In this document: piece after piece, positions 19,214 through 27,850 of the stretch
Position numbering within the stretch: the first letter of the stretch is position 1
How the letters are laid out: each line of letters begins with the position of its first letter
Virus record (IMG/VR): IMGVR_UViG_2531839583_000010
Direction: 5' to 3' (one strand)
Origin: a virus
Taxonomy: Duplodnaviria > Heunggongvirae > Uroviricota > Caudoviricetes
Length of the DNA stretch: 37,852 nt
The notes under the pieces: model-generated
Told to the model about the DNA's origin: nothing
What the model saw: the letters and a program-made list of their open reading frames with translations, nothing else
Databases searched by the model: none
Position numbers and translations under genes: made by a program

Positions 19214-19864
19214 ATGAGCCTGAGTCCCGCACGGCAGCATCGCCTGCGCGTTCAGGCTGAACAGGCCGCCCGCGAGGGCGGCAGTGTTCGCCACGCATCG
19301 GGCTATGACCTGATGCTGCTGCAACTGGCGGAAGACCGCCGCCGTCTCAAGGGCGTTCAGTCCACGGTCAAAAAAGCGGAAATCAAGGTGGAGCTGCTGC
19401 CGAAGTACGCCGCCTGGGCAGAGGGTGTCCTAGCTGCCGGAGGCGCTCAACAGGATGACGTGCTGATGTACGTGATGCTGTGGCGCATTGATGCCGGAGA
19501 TTATGCCGGGGCGCTGGAGATCGGGCGTCATGCCCTGCGTCATGGTTGGGTGATGCCGCTGGGTAACCGCAACGTGCAGACCGTGCTGGCAGAGGAAATG
19601 GCAGACGCCGCGCAGAGCGCAATGCTTGCTGCCACCGGCTTTGATGCCGATCTGTTGCTGCAGACGCTGGAGCTGACAGACGGTCTGGATATGCCGGACC
19701 AGTCACGGGCGCGTCTGCATAAAGCGATTGGCGCTGTCCTGAGTGAAAGCAATCCGGCTTCCGCCCTTAATCATCTCAACCATGCGTTACAGCTCGATCC
19801 CCGCTGTGGCGTGAAAAAAGACAAACAGCAGCTGGAGCGCAGACTGCGCAATGACAGCCGCTGA
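19214..19864 (+). CDS. M: Terminase endonuclease (small) subunit (P2 gpM-like)
   Basis: 216 aa; synteny. Confidence 0.8.
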   Translation: MSLSPARQHRLRVQAEQAAREGGSVRHASGYDLMLLQLAEDRRRLKGVQSTVKKAEIKVELLPKYAAWAEGVLAAGGAQQDDVLMYVMLWRIDAGDYAGALEIGRHALRHGWVMPLGNRNVQTVLAEEMADAAQSAMLAATGFDADLLLQTLELTDGLDMPDQSRARLHKAIGAVLSESNPASALNHLNHALQLDPRCGVKKDKQQLERRLRNDSR

Positions 19865-19959
19865 CAGAACGCGCCCCCGCGCACGGGCGGCACGGGGGGG
19901 CGAAAGGCACAGCCACATCAAAACCCCGTCCACCGCCCTTTATTTCAGGAGAAAGCAGC

Positions 19960-20424
19960 ATGAAGTTTGTTGCGCCAGAACAGGCACCGGAACAGGCGGA
20001 AATCATCAGAAATACGCCGTTCTGGCCTGATGTGGACCTGTCGGAGTTTCGCAGTGTCATGCGCACTGACGGCACGGTGACGCAGCCGCGTTTAAAGCAG
20101 GTTGCGCTGTCGGCAATTTCGGAGGTCAACGCAGAGCTGTATGAGTTTCGCAGACGCCAGCAGATGCTGGGGTATGCCTCGCTGGCAGAAGTCCCGGCGG
20201 AACAACTGGACGGCAAAAGCGAGCGCATTCAGCACTATTTCAACGCGGTTTACTGCTGGGCACGCGCCATGCTCAACGAACGTTACCAGGACTATGACGC
20301 CACGGCATCCGGTGCGAAGCGAGGCGAGGAACTGGCGGAAGCAAGCGGTGATTTATGGCGTGACGCCCGCTGGGCCATCAGCCGGGTGCAGGATGCGCCG
20401 CACTGCACAGTGGAGCTTATCTGA
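19960..20424 (+). CDS. L: Head completion/stabilisation protein (P2 gpL-like)
   Basis: 154 aa; synteny; stop overlaps the X start. Confidence 0.8.
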   Translation: MKFVAPEQAPEQAEIIRNTPFWPDVDLSEFRSVMRTDGTVTQPRLKQVALSAISEVNAELYEFRRRQQMLGYASLAEVPAEQLDGKSERIQHYFNAVYCWARAMLNERYQDYDATASGAKRGEELAEASGDLWRDARWAISRVQDAPHCTVELI

Positions 20425-20627
20425 TGAAAGTGCGTGCGCATCAGTATGACACGGTGGACGCACTTTGCTGGCGTCATTACGGGCGCACGCAGGGTGTCAC
20501 GGAGCAGGTACTGAAGGCAAATCCGGGGCTTGCCGAATACGGCCCCTTTTTACCTCACGGGCTGCAGGTGGAGCTGCCGGACATTCCGGCAATCACCACC
20601 GTGCAGACCGTCCAGCTATGGGACTGA
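20424..20627 (+). CDS. X: Tail protein X (P2 gpX-like)
   Basis: 67 aa, the same length as P2 X; synteny. Confidence 0.75.
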   Translation: MKVRAHQYDTVDALCWRHYGRTQGVTEQVLKANPGLAEYGPFLPHGLQVELPDIPAITTVQTVQLWD

Positions 20628-20630
20628 ATT

Positions 20631-20846
20631 ATGACGCTTGAGCGAATCAGCGCCTTTATCACGTATTGCATCGCCGTCGTGCTGGCCTGGCTGGGCGATT
20701 TGTCCATCAAGGATGCCTCAACGCTGGGCGGCCTGATGATTGGTGTGCTGATGCTGGCTATCAACTGGTACTACAAACACAAAGCCTACCAGCTTCTGCG
20801 CGACGGGCAGATCTCGCGGGAGGACTATGAATCCATCAATCGTTAA
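20631..20846 (+). CDS. Putative holin
   Basis: 71 aa with two hydrophobic helices and a charged C-tail; immediately upstream of the endolysin. Confidence 0.55.
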   Translation: MTLERISAFITYCIAVVLAWLGDLSIKDASTLGGLMIGVLMLAINWYYKHKAYQLLRDGQISREDYESINR

Positions 20847-21342
20847 ACGCTGCCTTGTCGGGGCCGTGCTGGCTATTGCTGCCACGCTGCCGGGTTTTCA
20901 GCAGCTTCACACCTCCGTGGAAGGGCTGAAACTGATTGCCGATTACGAAGGTTGTCGTCTGCAGCCGTATCAGTGCGGTGCGGGTGTCTGGACCGACGGC
21001 ATTGGTAATACGTCGGGCGTCATTCCCGGCAAAACCATTACGGAGCGACAGGCAGCAGAAGGGCTGATCTCCAACGTGCTGCGTGTGGAGCGGGCACTGG
21101 AAAGGTGTGTAAAGCAACAGCCGCCACAGAAGGTGTATGACGCTACGGTGTCGTTTGCCTTCAACGTGGGGACGGGCAATGCCTGTAGTTCCACGCTGGT
21201 GAAATTGCTCAATCAGCGGCGCTGGGCGGATGCGTGCCGACAGTTGCCGCGCTGGGTTTATGTGAAAGGTGTTTTTAATCAGGGGCTGGATAACCGCCGT
21301 GCGCGGGAGATGGCCTGGTGCCTTAAAGGAGCTGGACTATGA
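20827..21342 (+). CDS. K: Endolysin (T4-lysozyme/GH24-like), probable SAR type
   Basis: Catalytic pattern EGLKLIADYEGCRLQPYQCGAGVWTDGIGNT (E...D/C...T); hydrophobic N-terminus VKRCLVGAVLAIAATLPG suggests a signal-anchor-release domain. Confidence 0.8.
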   Translation: MNPSIVKRCLVGAVLAIAATLPGFQQLHTSVEGLKLIADYEGCRLQPYQCGAGVWTDGIGNTSGVIPGKTITERQAAEGLISNVLRVERALERCVKQQPPQKVYDATVSFAFNVGTGNACSSTLVKLLNQRRWADACRQLPRWVYVKGVFNQGLDNRRAREMAWCLKGAGL

Positions 21343-21767
21343 CACGTGCGCTGGCGGTAGTGGCGGCGCTGGCACTCGTTGCGCTGGGCTGGCAGTCGTG
21401 GCGGCTTAACAGCGCCAGCCACACCATCGAAACGCAGCGCGCGGCGCTGAAAAGTAAAGCGCACGAACTAACGAAGAAAAATAGTCAGCTGATCAGTCTG
21501 TCCATTCTGGCTGAAACCAACAATCGGGAGCAGGCGCGGCTCTACGCCGAAGCAGAACAGACCTGTGCACTGCTGAGACAACGACAACGCCGGATTGAGG
21601 AACTGAAACGTGAGAACGAGGATTTACGCCGCTGGGCTGATACTCCTTTGCCTGCTGACATTATCCGGCTGCGGAAACGTCCGGCATTCACCGGAGGTGC
21701 AGCTTACCGTCAGTGGTTGTCCGCGAGTGACGCCGTGTCGGCTGGATCAGGCAACGCCGCGCACTAA
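21339..21767 (+). CDS. lysB: LysB (Rz-like inner-membrane spanin)
   Basis: N-terminal TM (ALAVVAALALVALGW) followed by a coiled-coil region; follows the endolysin. Confidence 0.7.
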   Translation: MTRALAVVAALALVALGWQSWRLNSASHTIETQRAALKSKAHELTKKNSQLISLSILAETNNREQARLYAEAEQTCALLRQRQRRIEELKRENEDLRRWADTPLPADIIRLRKRPAFTGGAAYRQWLSASDAVSAGSGNAAH

Positions 21768-21900
21768 CGGTGATCTGAACGCATTGCTGGATGAAACGGA
21801 GGCCGCCTGGGCGGTCTGTGCAGACAAAGTGGACATGATTATTGCGTGTCAGGAGCGAAACAGTGAACAAACCACAATCCCTGCGCCACGCCCTCAATAA
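21610..21900 (+). CDS. lysC: LysC (Rz1-like outer-membrane lipoprotein spanin) overlapping lysB out of frame
   Basis: Lipobox LLTLSGC after a hydrophobic signal; begins inside lysB in another frame, the classic Rz/Rz1 arrangement. Confidence 0.6.
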   Translation: MRTRIYAAGLILLCLLTLSGCGNVRHSPEVQLTVSGCPRVTPCRLDQATPRTNGDLNALLDETEAAWAVCADKVDMIIACQERNSEQTTIPAPRPQ

Positions 21901-22294
21901 AGCGGTGCCTTATGTCCGCAATAACCCGGACAAACTGCATCTGTTTGTGGATAACGGTTCGCTGGTTGCTACGGGGGCCAGCTCCATGTCATGGGAGTAC
22001 CGTTACACCCTGAACGTGGTGATTGAGGATTTCAGCGGCGACCAGAATCTGTTGATGGCCCCGGTTTTATTGTGGCTGCGGGATAACCAGCCTGATGCCA
22101 TCAATAACCCGGCGTTACGGGAAAAGTTATTCACCTTTGAGGTGGATATTTTGCGCAACGATGTCTGTGATATCAGCCTTAACCTGCAACTGACGGAGCG
22201 TGTGCTGGTTAGCACTGACGGCAGTGTGTCGAGTGTTGAAGCTGTAGCGGAACCCGATGAACCTGAAGAAATGTGGACGGTGAAACGTGGCTGA
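21863..22294 (+). CDS. R: Tail completion protein R (P2 gpR-like)
   Basis: Track ORF starts at TTG 21842; GTG 21863 with AGGAG upstream gives a product starting VNKPQSLRHAL, similar to the P2 R N-terminus. Confidence 0.7.
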   Translation: MNKPQSLRHALNKAVPYVRNNPDKLHLFVDNGSLVATGASSMSWEYRYTLNVVIEDFSGDQNLLMAPVLLWLRDNQPDAINNPALREKLFTFEVDILRNDVCDISLNLQLTERVLVSTDGSVSSVEAVAEPDEPEEMWTVKRG

Positions 22295-22751
22295 ATTGCA
22301 GAAGGTGGACGACTGGCTGAGTGCCTTGCTGGCGAATCTGGAGCCAGCCGCAAGAATTCGCATGATGCGTCAGCTGGCGCAGGAACTGCGCCGGACACAG
22401 CAGCAAAATATCAGGATGCAGCGCAACCCTGACGGCAGCAGCTATGAACCGCGCAGGGTAACAGCACGCAGCAAGAAGGGGCGCATCAAACGTCAGATGT
22501 TTGCAAAGCTGCGCACCACAAAATACCTGAAAACTGCCGCCAGCGCCGACTCTGCCAGCGTACAGTTTGAAGGCAAGGTGCAGCGTATTGCCCGTGTTCA
22601 CCATTACGGCCTGCGTGATCGCGTCAGTCGCAAAGGACCGGAGGTCCGTTACGCAGAGCGCCGCCTGCTGGGTGTAAATGATGATGTTGAGGCAATGACC
22701 CGCGACATGATTCTGCAATGGCTGGCGGGGGGATCTTTGTATCAGCACTGA
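22287..22751 (+). CDS. S: Tail completion protein S (P2 gpS-like)
   Basis: 154 aa; synteny. Confidence 0.8.
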   Translation: MAELQKVDDWLSALLANLEPAARIRMMRQLAQELRRTQQQNIRMQRNPDGSSYEPRRVTARSKKGRIKRQMFAKLRTTKYLKTAASADSASVQFEGKVQRIARVHHYGLRDRVSRKGPEVRYAERRLLGVNDDVEAMTRDMILQWLAGGSLYQH

Positions 22752-22755
22752 TACA
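22738..22755. promoter_or_regulatory. Candidate Ogr-dependent late promoter element TGT-N12-ACA (V operon); near-perfect dyad tgtatcag-ca-ctgataca
   Basis: Sits at the 3' end of S, about 50 nt upstream of the V start. Confidence 0.4.
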
Positions 22756-22801
22756 AGTTGCAGCACTGCCGCCTTTCTTCCCCTGATGGCAACCTTTCCC
22801 T

Positions 22802-23380
22802 ATGAACGCACAATTAACCGAAATCATGCGCCTTATCACCAACCTGATCCGCACAGGGGTAGTCACCGAAGTGGACAGGGAAAACTGGCTTTGCCGGGTG
22901 AAAACGGGCGAGCTTGAAACCAACTGGATCAGCTGGCTGACGCTGCGTGCCGGGAATGCCCGCACATGGTGGCGACCATCGGAAGGTGAGCAGGTGGTGC
23001 TGCTGAGTCTGGGAGGAAATCTGGAAACCGCCTTTGCGCTGCCCGCTGTCTATTCGAATCAGTTCGCGCCACCGTCGACGTCGGCGGAAGCCTGCGTGAC
23101 AGAACATCCTGACGGAGGCTGGTTTGAATACGAACCAGCCACCGGGCGCTGGTATGTCAGGGGCATCAAATCCATGGTCATTGAGGCTGCCGACAACATC
23201 ACCCTGAAAACCAGTGAGTTTGTGCTGGAGGCTGACCACACGCGTATTAACAGCGAAGTAGTGATCAATGGTGGCGTTACCCAGGGCGGCGGAGCGATGA
23301 GTTCTAACGGGATTGTGGTTGATGCACATCAGCATACTGGCGTCCTGAAAGGCGGCGACACAACCGGAGGCCCGGTATGA
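22802..23380 (+). CDS. V: Baseplate spike/assembly protein V (P2 gpV-like)
   Basis: 192 aa; synteny V-W-J-I. Confidence 0.8.
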   Translation: MNAQLTEIMRLITNLIRTGVVTEVDRENWLCRVKTGELETNWISWLTLRAGNARTWWRPSEGEQVVLLSLGGNLETAFALPAVYSNQFAPPSTSAEACVTEHPDGGWFEYEPATGRWYVRGIKSMVIEAADNITLKTSEFVLEADHTRINSEVVINGGVTQGGGAMSSNGIVVDAHQHTGVLKGGDTTGGPV

Positions 23381-23736
23381 CTCTTTATAGCGGGATGAAC
23401 AATACCAGCGGTAAAGCCATTACTGATATTGACCATCTGCGCCAGTCGGTGCGGGACATTTTGCTGACGCCGCAGGGTAGCCGCATTGCCCGTCGGGAAT
23501 ATGGTTCCCTGCTGTCGGCACTGATAGACCAGCCACAAAATCCGGCATTACGCCTGCAGGTCATGTCGGCAGTGTATGTGGCGCTGAGTCGCTGGGAGCC
23601 AAGGCTGACGCTGGATTCCATCACCATCAACAGCAATTTTGACGGTTCAATGGTGGTGGAGCTGACCGGGCGGCGGAATAACGGTGTGCCTGTGTCCCTT
23701 TCCGTATCAACAGGAGCAGAGAATGGCAGTGATTGA
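23377..23736 (+). CDS. W: Baseplate wedge protein W (gp25-like)
   Basis: 119 aa; synteny. Confidence 0.8.
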   Translation: MTLYSGMNNTSGKAITDIDHLRQSVRDILLTPQGSRIARREYGSLLSALIDQPQNPALRLQVMSAVYVALSRWEPRLTLDSITINSNFDGSMVVELTGRRNNGVPVSLSVSTGAENGSD

Positions 23737-24631
23737 CCTTTCGCAGTTGCCTGCACCGCAGATTGTGGATGTGCCGGAATTTGAGACGCTGCTTGCCGAA
23801 CGCAAAGCAGAATTTGTGGCGCTTCATCCGAAAGATGAGCAGGAAGCCGTGATCCGCACGCTGGAACTGGAATCTGAACCCGTCACTAAATTGTTGCAGG
23901 AGAACGCTTACCGTGAGTTGCTTCTGCGCCAGCGCATTAACGAAGCCGCGCAGGCGGTGATGGTGGCTTACGCGATGGGCGGCGATCTTGACCAGCTCGC
24001 TGCCAACTACAACGTTACACGCCTGACGGTGACGCCTGCTGATAATGATGCTGTGCCGCCCGTTGCAGCTGTGATGGAAAGCGATGAAGCGTTACGCCTG
24101 CGTGTGCCTGCAGCCTTTGAAGGGCTTTCTGTTGCGGGGCCAACAGCAGCTTATGAATTTCATGCCCGAAGCGCCGACGGTCGGGTGGCGGATGCCAGTG
24201 CAACCAGCCCGGCACCTGCAGAGGTGGTGCTGACAGTCCTTAGCCGCGAAGGCGACGGAACAGCAGAAAAAGACCTGCTGGATGTGGTGGAGAAAGCACT
24301 GAACAGTGAGAATGTCCGCCCGGTGGCTGACCGTCTGACGGTTCGCAGCGCGAAAATCATCCCGTACCGCGTGGAAGCCACCATTTTTCTCTATCCGGGA
24401 CCGGAAGCAGAGCCGGTAATGGCAGCGGCAAAAGCCAGCCTGCAGAGGTACATTGCCAGTCAGACGCGGCTTGGTCGGGATATTCGCCGTAGCGCCATTT
24501 TTGCCGCGCTGCATGTTGAGGGTGTTCAGCGTGTGGAACTGGCTTCCCCGCAGGCGGACGTGGTCCTGAACAAAACGCAGGCGGCATCATGTACGCAGTG
24601 GAGCGTGACCAACGGGGGAACGGATGAATAG
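23723..24631 (+). CDS. J: Baseplate protein J (P2 gpJ-like)
   Basis: Start ATG 23723 with AGGAG upstream gives 302 aa, the same as P2 J. Confidence 0.85.
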   Translation: MAVIDLSQLPAPQIVDVPEFETLLAERKAEFVALHPKDEQEAVIRTLELESEPVTKLLQENAYRELLLRQRINEAAQAVMVAYAMGGDLDQLAANYNVTRLTVTPADNDAVPPVAAVMESDEALRLRVPAAFEGLSVAGPTAAYEFHARSADGRVADASATSPAPAEVVLTVLSREGDGTAEKDLLDVVEKALNSENVRPVADRLTVRSAKIIPYRVEATIFLYPGPEAEPVMAAAKASLQRYIASQTRLGRDIRRSAIFAALHVEGVQRVELASPQADVVLNKTQAASCTQWSVTNGGTDE

Positions 24632-25229
24632 TCTGCTGCCACCGGGTTCAACGCCACTGGAGCGCCGACTGGCGCAAACCTGCAGCGGGATTACTGATCT
24701 GCAGGTGCCGCTGCGTGACTTGTGGAATCCGGCAACCTGTCCGATCAGTTTCCTGCCTTATCTCGCCTGGGCGTTCTCTGTGGATCGCTGGGATGAGGGC
24801 TGGACAGAAAGCGTCAAGCGCCAGGGGGTGAAGGATGCTTTTTATATTCATCAGCATAAAGGGACCACCAGTGCCGTGCGGCGGGGGGTGGAGCCGTTCG
24901 GCTTTCTGATCCGCATTATTGAGTGGTGGCAGACCGGAGAGACACCGGGCACGTTTCGCCTGGATATCGGCGTGCAGGACCAGGGCATCACTGAAGATAC
25001 CTATCTGGAACTTGAGCGGCTGATAAGCGATGCCAAACCATGTAGCCGTCACATGATCGGCATGTCCATCAATCTGCAGACCAGCGGTCCGCATTGGGTG
25101 GGGGCCGCCAGCTATCTTGGCGAAGAAATCACGATCTATCCGTATATCAACGAAACAATTATTTCTGGCGGCACCGCGCATGAAGGCGGGGCGGTCCATG
25201 TTATTGACACAATGAGAGTGAATCCATGA
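24624..25229 (+). CDS. I: Baseplate/tail protein I (P2 gpI-like)
   Basis: 201 aa; synteny. Confidence 0.8.
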   Translation: MNSLLPPGSTPLERRLAQTCSGITDLQVPLRDLWNPATCPISFLPYLAWAFSVDRWDEGWTESVKRQGVKDAFYIHQHKGTTSAVRRGVEPFGFLIRIIEWWQTGETPGTFRLDIGVQDQGITEDTYLELERLISDAKPCSRHMIGMSINLQTSGPHWVGAASYLGEEITIYPYINETIISGGTAHEGGAVHVIDTMRVNP

Positions 25230-27331
25230 GCACAAAATTTTATACCCTGCTGACGGATATTGGCGCGGCGAAACTTGCCAGCGCCGCCGCGCTCGGTGTG
25301 CCGCTAAAAATTACCCATATGGCGGTCGGCGATGGCGGCGGAGTATTGCCAACGCCAGACTCAAAGCAGACTGCACTGGTAAATGAGAAACGCCGGGCTG
25401 CGCTGAATATGCTCTATATCGACCCACAGAACAGCAGCCAGATTATTGCTGAACAGGTGATCCCTGAAAACGAGGGCGGTTGGTGGATACGTGAAGTGGG
25501 CCTGTTTGATGAATCCGGGGCATTGATTGCCGTGGGAAACTGCCCGGAAAGCTATAAGCCGCAACTGGCTGAAGGCAGCGGGCGCACCCAGACCGTGCGC
25601 ATGGTGCTGATTACCAGCAGCACGGACAATATCACCCTGAAAATCGACCCTGCTGTAGTACTGGCAACTCGCAAGTATGTGGATGACAAAATATCAGAGC
25701 ACGAACAGTCACGACGTCACCCGGACGCCTCGCTGACCGCAAAAGGTTTTACTCAGTTAAGCAGTGCGACCAACAGTGAATCCGAAATACTGGCCGCAAC
25801 ACCGAAGGCTGTGAAGGCTGCATATGATCTTGCAGCAGGTAAAGCATCCGCCAGTCACACACACCCGTGGAATCAGATAACAGGTGTGCCTGCAGCCTCG
25901 CTGACGGTAAAAGGAATTGTGCAACTTAGTAGCGCCACTAACAGCACGTCAGAAACGCAGGCTGCCACACCAAAGGCAGTGAAGGCGGCATATGACCTTG
26001 CAGCAGGTAAGGCACCTGTCAGTCACACGCACCCGTGGAGCCAGATAACGGATGTGCCTGCAGCTTCACTGACGGTAAAAGGCACCGTGCAACTCAGTAG
26101 CGCCACCAATAGCACTTCTGAAACGCTGGCCGCAACACCGAAAGCGGTGAAGTCTGCCTATGACAATGCTGAAAAACGTCTTCAGAAAGATCAGAACGGC
26201 GCGGATATTCCTGATAAAAGATTATTCCTGCGCAATATTGGAGCAACAAATTCAACAACCATGTCTTTTAGTGGTGGTACAGGATGGTTCAGGCTGGCAA
26301 CTGTAACCATGCCACAGGCCAGTTCCGTGGTTTACATAAGTCTGATTGGTGGTGCCGGATATAATGTTAACTCCCCTATGCAGGCTGGTATATCTGAACT
26401 TGTTCTTCGTGCGGGGAATGGAAATCCAAAAGGTCTTACTGGTGCGTTATGGCGACGGACATCGGTTGGATTTACTAATTTTGCATGGGTGAATACATCC
26501 GGTGATACCTATGATGTTTATGTTGAAATAGGTAATTACGCCACAGGTGTTAATATTCAGTGGGATTATACCAGTAACGCCAGCGTAACGATTCATACAT
26601 CACCAACTTATACAGCGAATAAACCAACAGGCCTGACAGATGGAACTGTATATGTAATTTACAGTTCACATATTAAACCTACTGCTGCTGACCTTGGCTT
26701 GAGCGATGCAAGTGGATACGTGGGACGCTTGGTGAATACCCGGGTTTTCACGTCATCAGGTACGTACACCCCGACGCCAGGAACAAAACGGATCAGGGTC
26801 ACAATAACGGGCGGCGGTGGCGGAGGGGGCGGCTGCAAGGCTACATCCAATAATGAAACGTTTTTCGGTGCTGGCGGTGGGGCCGGTGGAACAATAATTT
26901 CAATAATGACCCCGACACAGAATAGTTATCCAGTCACTATCGGCGCAGGTGGGGCCGGTGGTGTTAGTGCGACGAACGGCACCAGGGGCGGGAATAGCGT
27001 ATTCGCATCGTTAATTGCTCCTGGTGGCGAAGGTGGCGGGAAAGTGGGTGTTACAAACACAAACGGCGGTAACGGAGGTGTGCCGAGTACTGGCGATATC
27101 CGCATCACTGGTGGAGATGGAGGCGACGGTCAGTCCGGAAATATCAGCGTCAGCGGTGAAGGCGGAACATCGCACTGGGGCGGCGGTGGACGTGCAGGCG
27201 CTGGCGGTGGTGTTATCGGTAAAGCATATGGTTCAGGCGGAGGTGGCGCATACGATGCCGGTTATAGCGGAACCAGTATGACGGGCGGGAAAGGCGCTTC
27301 AGGGATTTGTATTATCGAGGAGTTTGCATAA
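25226..27331 (+). CDS. H: Tail fibre protein H with internal tandem repeats and a glycine-rich C-terminal domain
   Basis: 701 aa; N-terminus MSTKFYTLLTDIGAAKLA typical of P2 H; three repeats of ...ATPKAVKAAYDLAAGKA..SHTHPW.QIT.VPAASLTVKG..QLSSATNS.SE; C-terminal 170 aa rich in GG/GGG motifs. Confidence 0.85.
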   Translation: MSTKFYTLLTDIGAAKLASAAALGVPLKITHMAVGDGGGVLPTPDSKQTALVNEKRRAALNMLYIDPQNSSQIIAEQVIPENEGGWWIREVGLFDESGALIAVGNCPESYKPQLAEGSGRTQTVRMVLITSSTDNITLKIDPAVVLATRKYVDDKISEHEQSRRHPDASLTAKGFTQLSSATNSESEILAATPKAVKAAYDLAAGKASASHTHPWNQITGVPAASLTVKGIVQLSSATNSTSETQAATPKAVKAAYDLAAGKAPVSHTHPWSQITDVPAASLTVKGTVQLSSATNSTSETLAATPKAVKSAYDNAEKRLQKDQNGADIPDKRLFLRNIGATNSTTMSFSGGTGWFRLATVTMPQASSVVYISLIGGAGYNVNSPMQAGISELVLRAGNGNPKGLTGALWRRTSVGFTNFAWVNTSGDTYDVYVEIGNYATGVNIQWDYTSNASVTIHTSPTYTANKPTGLTDGTVYVIYSSHIKPTAADLGLSDASGYVGRLVNTRVFTSSGTYTPTPGTKRIRVTITGGGGGGGGCKATSNNETFFGAGGGAGGTIISIMTPTQNSYPVTIGAGGAGGVSATNGTRGGNSVFASLIAPGGEGGGKVGVTNTNGGNGGVPSTGDIRITGGDGGDGQSGNISVSGEGGTSHWGGGGRAGAGGGVIGKAYGSGGGGAYDAGYSGTSMTGGKGASGICIIEEFA
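25727..26165 (+). repeat. Intragenic tandem repeat in H, about 2.6 copies of a 168-nt (56-aa) unit
   Basis: ASLT.KG..QLSSATNS motif recurs at aa 168, 224 and 280; the nucleotide repeats are near-identical by eye. Confidence 0.8.
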
Positions 27332-27744
27332 TGAATACGTCATATGCAGTTATTGAAAATGGGATGGTTGTGAATGTCATTGTCTGGGATGGCGAGGCTG
27401 AATTCACAGTGCCGGATAATCAGCAGCTCATTAATATTTCTGATATCAGTGAGCAGCCCGGAATCGGCTGGGTGTATTCAGACGGGGGATTTACTGCGCC
27501 ACCCACTCCGGAACGTTCTCATGATGAACTGGTAGCTGACGCTGAACAGAAAAAACAGTCGCTGTTAGACGCAGCAATGGCCAATATCAGCGTGATTCAG
27601 TTAAAGCTGCAGGCCGGGCGCAAACTGACGCAAGAGGAAACTACCCGACTTAACGTTGTGCTGGATTATATCGAGGCTGTGACGGCAACAAATACCAGCA
27701 CCGCACCTGATATTATTTGGCCTGTTTTCCCTGCAAGCAGATAA
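27331..27744 (+). CDS. G: Tail fibre assembly chaperone (P2 gpG-like)
   Basis: ATG 27331 overlaps the H stop (TAATG); 137 aa; synteny. Confidence 0.7.
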   Translation: MNTSYAVIENGMVVNVIVWDGEAEFTVPDNQQLINISDISEQPGIGWVYSDGGFTAPPTPERSHDELVADAEQKKQSLLDAAMANISVIQLKLQAGRKLTQEETTRLNVVLDYIEAVTATNTSTAPDIIWPVFPASR

Positions 27745-27756
27745 ATACCGTCATTT

Positions 27757-27774
27757 TGTGTGAATAACGGTACA
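27757..27774. promoter_or_regulatory. Candidate Ogr-dependent late promoter element TGT-N12-ACA (FI operon)
   Basis: tgtgtgaataacggtaca, about 77-94 nt upstream of the FI start codon, in the G-FI gap. Confidence 0.45.
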
Positions 27775-27850
27775 ACTGCGCTTAGCTGCTTGTCAGACAC
27801 AATCACTTCAACATAGGGCGAAGCCTAATCCAATCAGGAGGTTCGCCACT

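Noticed and set aside
19871-19902. GC-rich imperfect hairpin between M and L
   Set aside because: Imperfect stem and no following T-run; could be an attenuator, but I cannot support a terminator call from the sequence alone.
26800-27300. Repetitive GGN-rich nucleotide stretch that might look like a CRISPR or simple-sequence array
   Set aside because: It is in frame within tail fibre gene H and encodes glycine-rich protein sequence; there are no regularly spaced identical repeats with unique spacers.
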